From the NCBI RefSeq assembly GCF_031769215.1, contig NW_026782190.1, positions 682,001 to 746,000 on the forward strand: 64,000 nucleotides of DNA, given 5' to 3'. The DNA comes from Ylistrum balloti. Taxonomy: Eukaryota. Below are positions 38,101-49,379 of this stretch, one piece after another. Every line of letters starts with the position of its first letter. The stretch's first letter is position 1. The position numbers were made by a program, and so were the translations under genes. A model generated the notes under the pieces. The model had not been told where the DNA came from. It saw only the letters and a list, made by a program, of their open reading frames with translations, and did no database searches.

Positions 38101-41100
38101 ACTCCTTGTCGTGACCTATAGTAGGACTCATCATTCTTATCATGACTAATGATAGGACTCCTTGTCGTGACCTATAGTAGGACTCATCATTCATATCATG
38201 ACTAATGATAGGACTCCTTGTCGTGACCTATAGTAGGACTTATCATTCTTATCATGACCAATGATAGGACTAACCGTCCTTGCCTTCACCACCATTGATA
38301 AGACTGACCATCCCTGTCTTGCCCAATAATAGCCCTCACCGTCCTTGCCTTGACCCTCATTGAAAGGACTCACTATTCTTGTTGTGACCAATGATAAGAC
38401 TCACCATCTTTGCCGTGACCAACAACTGTGCCAACTCCATTGCCATCCTGATTTTTCCACTTCCATTCTGGTCCGCGTCGAACTCTTGTCCCAATAGGAG
38501 GCATGTTGGGGTCATTCTCCTGAAGGTCATCAAAGCTGAAGCCCTCATCTACTGTCTCCTGGTATGCTGGATTACCAAGTAAAGCTATCATATCCTCCTG
38601 TAACAAACACCACACATCGCTCCATATATAAGTGAGGAAGCAAAGGATAAGTTATAAGCACATGAAAAGTTATAGTCAACTTAATACTTTAACTAAAGTA
38701 AGTTTTATGTTTCATATGCCTATCTGCAAAGTGAATATTCCAAGAAATCCATTGTGACTAAGATAACTTGTCAAACATATTTTGAAGGGGAAATTTTGCA
38801 AGCTCAAAATTTAAAACCTCAAACAGGTGTATTTCACTGACTGCACCCAATTTCCACCTATTCTTGGGGGCAGTTAAAGAGGAATGATTGAAATTATGAA
38901 TGTTGAATATCAATAGTATTCTAAAGATAAATTAAAATTAATTTCATTTTATTTCATTTCATTAAAATTAGGGTCATAATTTGGGACAAGAGATCCCAGA
39001 GGGATCTTGCCACCCAATATCTCTACCATCTCTTCTTTCCTCTGTTTTTGGTCTTACCTATATTTGAAATTTGAAAATTCCTTTTCAAAATTAACAATAA
39101 TAATCTTCACCAAGTCCAAGATTGTCATTTGTTTTTATGTTTCTGATCAGTCTGAAAATCTAATGAGCACAACTAAGGACCAAATATGGGGCGCCAAAAC
39201 ATGAAAATATCTTACCTGTACTTCTCAGGAAATAGCGATAACAGTAATTATTTATAGACATAGGGTGATTTGAATAGCCCACCATCATGACGGTTAACTA
39301 ATAACCCCAATAATAAAAAACATGATTCTACATTCTGATGGCATTACATTAAAATATCACACAAAGCCACAGAATCTGTAACAAATTCAGTCTACTGACC
39401 AAGTCATCTGCTGAAAACGTTTTTCCTGTTGTTTTGACTACTGATTCAAGGGCTGTTTTATCCAATCCATCGCAGGGAATTATCTTTTTGATCCTCAGTA
39501 CACAGGCCTACAACAAAGCATAACTAATAACACACATCCATGAAATCCCCCTGATGTATCATTTGAACATTTTAGACACTTAAAAAAGTAACCTCTTGGA
39601 AAAGGATTCATTTGAACATTTCATAGATTTAGTTATGAACTTAAAAAAGTAAATGGTTTATGCAACAGAATTTTGTGCACTCAAAATACAGTTACAACCT
39701 ATCTTGCTTTCCCTTTAAAATGTCCTGTTATCAGCACAAGGTAATTAATATCTTCTATCAAACGCTAGTTCCTTTTATGGAGTTTTCACAATAACCCCAA
39801 TAACTAAATAAACAACAAACATATATTCAAATGAATTGTAAATTATAGTGATGGGTGCTCACAAGATTATTGTTGTGTCGTCCTATCCTGAAAACCTCGT
39901 CTGGAGACACCATCAGACCAAATGTTGTCGTGACAAGGTCAGTTAGCAAACTCTGTACCAAAACAAACATGAAAAAGACTGCAAGTCTGGGATGAGTTTA
40001 TGACTGACACAAAAAGGTTATGAACACTTGCAAGAGTTTGCATTTGGTTCAAGACCAAAAACAACATTGACAGGAAGAGCTATTCCATATCTGAATAAAC
40101 AAGCAGTTTCTGTAATGTAATTAACTGCAATAGTTGAACTATACTGTAATTTTAAACACCAATTTACAGGTTATTGAAAAAAAAACTTCCTAAACTGTGC
40201 ATAAAATCACCAGACTTAACATGAAAATCTCAATATTTTAATTAAACTCTGATGAAACACATTTCTTACAGCTCAAAATATCACTGTTCACTATCAACCT
40301 AAATAAGGACACATTTTTAAAACAAATTCTTTTAGTCTAAGAGTTCTGATAGGTTTATATTGCATGAAAAACATTAAATACCTGATTAACATCATCTCCA
40401 ATAGGGACACAATATATTGGAATCCGCCTTTCGGCTAATTCTCTACCAAATGTTAGAATCTTCTCTCTTGTCTGAAATCACAAAACACCACCATCACAAT
40501 AAATGCTGACATATACATAAAAAAACAGGTAAAGAATAACAGTTTATCATACAGACATCACATTATAATGACAGTTACAAGCATCCATGTTTTATTGATT
40601 GTCTGATCATGTGACAAGAGAAAGGATCAAGAAAGTATGCAATGAAAATATTAATACAAGAATCATAGTAATTTAGAAACTTCACCTGTCCAGTCTTAGT
40701 AAGCAATCTCTTGTAATCATTAGATTTTAGTAATCACCTGTGGCTCTATGGGAGACTTCCTATCATCTTGTCCTCCAAGTAAGTGATGATCAGTTGCCTG
40801 GCCATCACTTAGCAACACTATCCGAGGGGAAATTTTGTGGTTACACACCAAAGTGGTAGCATCACCTGTAAATTCATTTTTACATAACCTGTAATAACAT
40901 AATCAGCTAATTTTCACGAAAATTCTTAGCAAATTTTGTTTAAGAATAAAATTTCAAAAATTTAATTATTTAAGATTACAGCTATGTCTGTTTCTGAAAT
41001 GGTGCAAGTATACACATATAAATATCAAACACAAAAACTCCTAACTTTAAGGTGTCAACATGTAAAAACAAGTGTAATTAACATCTGCTAAATCATTAAT

Positions 41101-44100
41101 CCCATTTCCATCTACTTTCTGTGTTGCCTTCATCTAAATATCATCGGTATACAAAATTATAGTGTATGCACACTGCAATTTTCAATGATTGTTTTTGGTG
41201 TAGGAATACACCTACCAGTATATGTCGCCAATGTAAACAAAAATGGCTGCCTATCTCTTTTGATATCCTTATACTGACATAGTCGATTGGAGGGATATGG
41301 GATGTATAAATACAGGCTTAAAAACCTTTCAAAAACTTACCCTAAAAATTTGAGTGAGTTTTGATTTAAACAAGAAAAAAAAGGGAAAACTGAAGACCAT
41401 AGCAAGAGGAAATTTTCAGAAAAATCCAGATGTTTGATGTATTCTTATGGACATCAAAACTCCCAAAATATTTTAAGTGAATTTTGACGGAAAAAATTCC
41501 AGGGCATTCTTCTAAAAATACAAAATCAAATCTTAGTCCTCGTCTGATTCTACACACCAAATAAGACTAAGAAAGGTATGGGATGTATACTTCTGAACTC
41601 AGAAACCTTTCAAAAACCTATCCCCAAAATTTTGAGATGGGACATTTCAGTTACATGTAACCAGTGAACAAAAATCATACTTAAGTGTTGAAATGTACAT
41701 AGTGAATGCTGCTCAGAATTGAAACATGTCAATGCTAAATATTTTACCTTTGTGTTTGAATAATGCCAGAGCCATATCGAGGCCACCATACAGCGGTGAA
41801 GATCCCGCAGCACACAGACCATCTACAACACAAAATGAAGATTCATAACATCTTTTCTTTCACATAAGTAAGACTGAAAATAATGAAAAAAAAAACCTCC
41901 TTTGCCAGGTATCTGATAAACAGCATCACAAACTCACAAGCTTTCATCAGGTTAATGTGATATTGGCCATACAATAACCTTCTTAAATTGTGAAAAAATA
42001 AAATGTGTCATCTGACCAAAGGTTACCACGCCAACTCAACAATACATTCCCTTACAGACTGATAGTCCTTGGTTAGGTAATGCCTACACTGTGACCAAAG
42101 GTTACCATGCCAACTCACCAATACATTCCCTTACAGACTGATAGTCCTTGGTTAGGTAATGCCTACACTGTGACCAAAGGTTACCACGCCAACTCAACAA
42201 TACATTCCCTTACAGACTGATAGTCCTTGGTTAGGTAATGCCTACACTGTGACCAAAGGTTACCATGCCAACTCAACAATACATTCCCTTACAGACTGAT
42301 AGTCCTTGGTTAGGTAATGCCTACACTGTGACCAAAGGTTACCATGCCAACTCACCAATACATTCCCTTACAGACTGATAGTCCTTGGTTAGGTAATGCC
42401 TACACTGTGACCAATGGTTACCATGCCAACTCACCAATACATTCCCTTACAGACTGATAGTCCTTGGTTAGGTAATGCCTACACTGTGACCAAAGGTTAC
42501 CACGCCAACTCACCAATACATTCCCTTACAGACTGATAGTCCTTGGTTAGGTAATGCCTACACCGTGACCAAAGGTTACCAGCCAACTCAACAATACATT
42601 CCCTTACAGACTGATAGTCCTTGGTTAGGTAATGCCTACACTGTGACCAAAGGTTACCATGCCAACTCAACAATACATTCCCTTACAGACTGATAGTCCT
42701 TGGTTAGGTAATGCCTACACTGTGACCAAAGGTTACCACGCCAACTCAACAATACATTCCCTTACAGACTGATAGTCCTTGGTTAGGTAATGCCTACACT
42801 GTGACCAAAGGTTACCATGCCAACTCACCAATACATTCCCTTACAGACTGATAGTCCTTGGTTAGGTAATGCCTACACTGTGACCAAAGGTTACCATGCC
42901 AACTCAACAATACATTCCCTTACAGACTGATAGTCCTTGGTTAGGTAATGCCTACACTGTGACCAAAGGTTACCATGCCAACTCACCAATACATTCCCTT
43001 ACAGACTGATAGTCCTTGGTTAGGTAATGCCTACACTGTGACCAAAGGTTACCACGCCAACTCAACAATACATTCCCTTACAGACTGATAGTCCTTGGTT
43101 AGGTAATGCCTACACTGTGACCAAAGGTTACCATGCCAACTCACCAATACATTCCCTTACAGACTGATAGTCCTTGGTTAGGTAATGCCTACACTGTGAC
43201 CAAAGGTTACCATGCCAACTCAACAATACATTCCCTTACAGACTGATAGTCCTTGGTTAGGTAATGCCTACACTGTGACCAAAGGTTACCATGCCAACTC
43301 ACCGATACATTCCCTTACAGACTGATAGTCCTTGGTTAGGTAATGCCTACACTGTGACCAATGGTTACCATGCCAACTCACCAATACATTCCCTTACAGA
43401 CTGATAGTCCTTGGTTAGGTAATGCCTACACTGTGACCAAAGGTTACCATGCCAACTCACCAATACATTCCCTTACAGACTGATAGTCCTTGGTTAGGTA
43501 ATGCCTACACTGTGACCAATGGTTACCATGCCAACTCACCAATACATTCCCTTACAGACTGATAGTCCTTGGTTAGGTAATGCCTACACCGTGACCAAAG
43601 GTTACCATGCCAACTCACCAATACATTCCCTTACAGACTGATAGTCCTTGGTTAGGTAATGCCTACACTGTGACCAAAGGTTACCATGCCAACTCAACAA
43701 TACATTCCCTTACAGACTGATAGTCCTTGGTTAGGTAATGCCTACACCGTGACCAATGGTTAACATGCCAACTCACCAATACATTCCCTTACAGACTGAT
43801 AGTCCTTGGTTAGGTAATGTCTACACCGTGACCAAAGGTTACCATGCCAACTCACCAATACATTCCCTTACAGACTGATAGTCCTTGGTTAGGTAATGCC
43901 TACACTGTGACCAAAGGTTACCATGCCAACTCACCAATACATTCCCTTACAGACTGATAGTCCTTGGTTAGGTAATGTCTACACCGTGACCAAAGGTTAC
44001 CATGCCAACTCACCAATACATTCCCTTACAGACTGATAGTCCTTGGTTAGGTAATGCCTACACTGTGACCAAAGGTTACCATGCCAACTCACCAATACAT

Positions 44101-47100
44101 TCCCTTACAGACTGATAGTCCTTGGTTAGGTAATGCCTACACTGTGACCAAAGGTTACCATGCCAACTCACCAATACATTCCCTTACAGACTGATAGTCC
44201 TTGGTTAGGTAATGCCTACACTGTGACCACAGGTTACCATGCCAACTCACCAATACATTCCCTTACAGACTGATAGTCCTTGGTTAGGTAATGCCTACAC
44301 TGGGTGATGTGACCAAAAGTTACCACGCCAACATTTTCCTCCATTTGCTCCTCCTTTGCAACCAACTCCAACCCTGTTAGCATATTAAGACAATGAAATA
44401 ATCAGGATATCATTATTAATCAAACATAACAAAGTATTACAAATGAGAAAGTAGAAAAATCATGATGGTAAAACAATTGATGACAACCTTATAAATACTT
44501 ATCTTTAACATGAAATGTTTTCAATCAATATTTCTGAAAAGAAAGTACAATGCATTTTATAATATGAGATATGTACATTTTACATTGACAGAGAGAGAGA
44601 CATAACATATTTGGTCTATCTCAGCTTTTAAATTGATTTCCTCTACAGCTAATATCAATTCTGTGACATTACATTTCTGTTTAAGCCACCATAACATGAG
44701 GAGTGTGACTGTACAGTTGGAACTGAAATAAAAATACAGGACATCCTCTCTTATTTTTATTTATGTAATAATAACTACTGGAATCAATATCAAAAGTTCA
44801 GAAGAATATCATATGAATCTTTGAACAATCAAGAATTCCTGATTCTGTGACCAAGTGTTAAACAAAGTGTTACCCAATAGACTACAGTACATTGTTACTA
44901 TCTTGAGTATTGTTTTGTCTATAATCTGTTTACCATCTCGACATTCTATTTTTCAACCTTAGTGTATATAGAATTACAGTGCAGTCGAAAAAGTTAGTCA
45001 ATTCTGTACCATCTTGTACATTACATACATCAGTGTAAGTACACTCCACACAGGTCAATTGTCTGATGAAGGTGACCGTGTAGATCTCGTACACTACGTA
45101 CATCAGTGTAAGTACACTCCACATGGGTCAATTGTCTGATGAAGGTGACCGTGTAGTCACAGAAACATCACACTCTATTCTTTTACTGGCTGTGTTATAA
45201 GAACTTCTATTCTATTCATGTTCACTTCAGCCAAATTCTACATAGCACCATACAAAACAACCAACAATTTTTATATATACTTAGGCAGCTGGTGTAATAT
45301 TTGTAACCAGAAGTTACAGACAACAATACAGACAATGAATTACTTACAATCTAATATTTCGTTCATGGCATCTTTGGCTTGCTGTAGACCATTCTCCTTC
45401 ATACTCTCAGAAATGTCGACTAAAAACACAGTGTCTATCCCGTCACCGTAAGGGAGTTGACTTTCCCTGGCTGTATAATGGTTAGAATGACTATTAAATG
45501 TTAATGAACAACACAAGACAACACTCTTATTTACTATAATTGTTAAAAGCACTAAACAGAAATTGCCATTATCTGCAGTCTTTTTATGTTGAAAAAAAAA
45601 ACACAAAACAGAATTTGTGTATTCAAATCAAAAGCATAAAACTGTTATTATGTTTGCATAAAAATATACAGTGCATCGTAAATTTTTCATTTTTCCAAAA
45701 TAACCACTACCTTTATCGTCAGAATCTGAATATAACATATCTTTTTACAGTTCAGGTAAAAAGTATATGATCTCCAAAATTCTCTTTGAAGTAGACTTTC
45801 TTGTGAAGTAGGTACGACACAGAAACACAAAAACATCAAGAGAGAATGATAATACATTATATAACCACAAAAGATGGCTCCCTCAAACACTACAGAATTT
45901 TTTCTGTTAATAGATAAAGGAGATCATTTTTAAAAGAAAAATGAAAACGTGAAATATTTACAACTGAATCCTTCCCTAGTATCACAGTAGTGTTTTCCCC
46001 TCACCTTTGTCTGATTCAGCTTCTACTACAGAATTCCACATCTCATCACTGATTGTACCATTAGAGATATGTCCTTCTACACTATTTTCCACTTTAACTT
46101 CTAGTCCAGGACCAGGTCCACTAACTTGGAATACATCAGGAGATTCAGGTGCTTGTCTAGGACCAGAGTCACAAACATTAGGAAATTCAACATTTTGTTC
46201 AGTATCAGGGCCACTGACTCGAGATAAATCAGAATACTGATTACAATTACTTGTTTCTTCTTCATTTCTTTTTTTATCACCTGAATTTGATACTTTTAAG
46301 GGTTCTAATGTTTTCCCATTCATGGGGTCATCTTTAACAATGTTTTTCTGAAGTAGTGTCTCTGATCCCTGCGATTTTTCTGAAATTTCTGAAACCTGTT
46401 TTGGTCCCATTGTTGTTGTCTCAGATGGCAGAGTCTGCTGGGAACCATCACCTGGATCATTTGTGAAAACTATGTCTGTTCCTTTCCTGGCTTCACCTGA
46501 ATTTTTCCCCTCAGTTGGATCTGACAAGGAATGCTTTGGTTCATCAGACTGTTGAGATTTCTCCTGTTTATGGTGTGTACCAGGACGTCCTCTGCACTTG
46601 CTGTGACGGTCTTTGCCCAAGGTTCCTTTAGTCAGTGCAGACTTAATGCTGTCTATTCTGGTACACATACTGGAGAGGGTTTCTCCAAGCTCCATCACAG
46701 TCTTCACCAGCTGTTGCATCTCTGCATCCTGTTTCTGTTCCCGTTGTTCTAAATTCTGCAGTCTCTCCATCAATGTCCCTGAACATAATACACAGCCATG
46801 CAATGTCAAAATATACTTCACATGTTACTATTTCATGGGCTTTATATTTTCTATCTTGAATGATAAGTATGTGATTATTATGTACTGCATGATATATAGC
46901 AGCCTATAAGCCCGATCACTAAACTGATCTGGTAATTATTGCTCATGTAAAGACACATTATTTGCAGACATATGAAATTTTGTTTAATTATCTTCATGAA
47001 CTATTTCAAAATGTGCTAATATAAAGAAACTTTCCTTCCTGTCTACACTTTATTTCCGTTAATATCTCCTTAACACAATATTCAATTTTCTTTTGATATG

Positions 47101-49319
47101 TTGTTTTCTAAAACGACAAATATATGCCAAGTGTCAATCTACTGGTCACCACAGGTCACAGGTCAAATATTTCATCAGCATAAATTAAAATTGCATACTT
47201 TTCATTTGTTCATTAGGTTATCTAAGGTCACAGGCCCAATAGGTAATTCATGTCAATCAATATTACATACTTTTCATTTGCATAAATCATTACAATTTAG
47301 AGCTATGCCAATGGTCAATATATAGGTCACTAAAGGTCATAGGTCAAGTCAATTACTATCATATACTTTACATTTGCACATCTTATTGCAATGTAAAGTT
47401 AATCCAAGGGTCAATAAATAGGTTACCAAACGTCACTTGTTGAATTGGTCATAAATTTCTATCAATATTTGTTACAAATGACATCGATTGGGTAATCAGA
47501 TTGTTTTACTTCAAGTCAGGTTATAGTTTGGTGAGTTAAGCTGACAATACATAACAGTGACTTGTTAGTTTCTGGTAAAACATTTACATGCCAGGTAAAG
47601 AAAAGTTACAAATAGAGATGAATTTTCCCTTGTTATGGTCCCTAATAGCAAAACCTTATTGCAGCATATGCATGTGTATATACAGTATTATTCAACAAAG
47701 AGAACAAAAATTACTGTTACCACCCAATAAATCAATCGGTGAAATTTCAATTAGAGAAAATCCTGCTTTGTGATTGGATCATGATGCCCAGCACTTTTCT
47801 TATATAAAATTAGGGTTATTTTAGGGACTAGATGAGAAATTTCAAGCCCTTTAGGTGAGATGAATGCTAACCAGTGTCATACATATATATAAATGATAAC
47901 CTGTGTATATTTTATATATTAAAAGCAAGAGTAACTCTTGATGTAAATCATAGTTTTGGAGATATGTGAAATGTGAATTTACCATCAACATACTAGTATT
48001 GTTACAAGATTTCTCACGTACCTGTCAGCTCTCCAAGATGTCTGAAAAAAGGCAATATGGCTGGATATCAATTATGTAAAACAACATGACAGGAAAGAAA
48101 ATAAAAACACAAAGAGTAGGACACTTGAAAATTGTTTTGGCTATCCCCCAGATAGACAATATCAGTCTGTTATAGTGAGGTTTATATTTTTCTAATTATA
48201 CTGTTTGTCACTACTAAAAGTCTTCGGTGGACAGCCAACACCTATTTATAGTAAACCTCCATATACAACCAACAACTGTCTTTGTTGAACACTGTTCTGT
48301 AGCCAACACCTGTCTTAGGTGACCATCCTTCCTTTTTTGTTACCTTAAACGCTGTTAAGGCTTTTGTTTACAAGTTACCTTGATGTCAGTACGGGCTCTT
48401 GTTTATAACTTACCTTGATGTCACTACAGGCTCTTGTTTATAACTTACCTTGATGTCAGTACGGGCTCTTGTTTATAACTTATCTTGTTTATAACTTACC
48501 TTGATGTCAGTACGGGCTCTTGTTTATAACTTACCTTGATGTCACTACAGGCTCTTGTTTATAACTTACCTTGATGTCAGTACAGGCTCTTGTTTATAAC
48601 TTACCTTGATGTCACTACAGGCTCTTGTTTATAACTTACCTTGATGTCAGTACGGGCTCTTGTTTATAACTTACCTTGATGTCAGTACGGGCTCTTGTTT
48701 ATAACTTACCTTGATGTCAGTAGGGGTTCCTGTTTATAACTTACCTTGATGTCAGTAAGGGCTCTTGTTTATAACTTACCTTGATGTCAGTCCGGGCTCT
48801 TGTTTATAACTTACCTTGATGTCAGTAAGGGCTCTTGTTTATAACTTACCTTGATGTCAGTACAGGCTCTTGTTTATAATTTACCTTGATGTCAGTACGG
48901 GCTCTTGTTTATAAGTTACCTTGATGTCACTACAGGCTGTTGTTTATAACTTTCCTTGATGTCAGTACGGGCTCTTGTTTATAAGTTACCTTGATGTCAG
49001 TACGGGCTCTTGTTTATAACTTTCCTTGATGTCAGTACGGGCTCTTGTTTATAACTTTCCTTGATGTCAGTACGGGCTCTTGTTTATAACTTACCTTGAT
49101 GTCAGTACGGGCTCTTTTGGCTCTTTTCAAGGTTTTCTATAATAAACTTGTGATTCCACTCTCTCCTTCCAGTGGGTTTGAAGTGTGTAAAATCTTATTA
49201 CTTAGATATACTTACACATGTTCTCCTTCCATTCTATCCTGTTGCTGATTTAGTCTCTTTAAAATGAAGTTGTTTGTTCTTTCTATCTCTGTGATAGAAT
49301 CTTTCATTTCTGCTAAATG
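32146..49319 (-). CDS. Uncharacterised vWA + 2x MIB/HERC2 + WWE domain protein (>=1311 aa; start codon not identified)
   Basis: In-phase exons (minus): 49216-49319, 48022-48041, 46005-46778, 45348-45470, 44251-44373, 41748-41822, 40738-40865, 40382-40471, 39863-39952, 39400-39507, 38405-38597, 37599-37742, 37089-37174, 36682-36752, 34677-36181, 34105-34288, 33532-33605, 32146-32189. vWA: DTVFLVDISES, VGVVTFG, IVLLSDG. MIB/HERC2: GTRVRRGPEWKWKNQDG...GTV and RGIDWEYDDQDGG...VRWPNG. WWE: VIWQWEDKQNVWHAY. Confidence 0.85.
32306..32845 (-). mobile_element. HINE-like element (AACAAGAG-terminal family)
   Basis: One end is AACAAGAGATACCTGGTGGGATC...CCCACC and the other a GCCCAC...GATGGTGG hairpin. 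The internal AAATGAAATTTGAG / CAAGATGGCTGC repeats are shared with the 38986, 60310 and 63290 copies. Confidence 0.6.
32845..33540 (-). repeat. 35-bp tandem array (~20 units) carrying the WWE exon end plus donor
   Basis: Plus-strand unit TATACTTACCTATACACCTGTTGTCCTAGTGACAG; period checked at 32891/32926. Confidence 0.95.
35410..35770 (-). repeat. Coding minisatellite (27-30 bp) encoding TVKETEGHV-like repeats
   Basis: About 13 peptide repeats in the 1505-nt exon; frame is preserved. Confidence 0.9.
38035..38404 (-). repeat. 56-bp units (x4) plus degenerate ~30-bp units next to the MIB/HERC2 exon donor
   Basis: Period 56 at 38041/38097/38153; units resemble GGTCACGGCAAAGATG|GTGAGTC. Confidence 0.85.
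38986..39303 (-). mobile_element. HINE-like element, internally deleted
   Basis: CAAGAGATCCCAGAGGGATCTTG hairpin terminus; opposite end GTGATTTGAATAGCCCACCATC...TAATAA. Confidence 0.6.
42012..44330 (-). repeat. 79-bp tandem array (~29 units) overlapping the 3' end of a vWA exon
   Basis: Plus-strand unit TGTGACCAAAGGTTACCATGCCAACTCACCAATACATTCCCTTACAGACTGATAGTCCTTGGTTAGGTAATGCCTACAC; period checked at 42090/42169. Confidence 0.97.
45132..45172 (+). other. Degenerate minimal type-I hammerhead ribozyme-like motif
   Basis: TTGT CTGATGA AG GTGAC CGTGTA GTCAC A GAAA CATC ACAC; a truncated copy lies 73 nt upstream (45063). Confidence 0.4.
48365..49115 (-). repeat. 35-bp tandem array (~21 units) containing a consensus donor AAG|GTAAGT
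   Basis: Plus-strand unit TTACCTTGATGTCAGTACGGGCTCTTGTTTATAAC; period checked at 48375/48410. Confidence 0.95.
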
Positions 49320-49379
49320 CTGCAAAGAAAATTTCAATAGTAATGCTCATCATTTTGTTGTGTTTCAAATTTCATTCAA

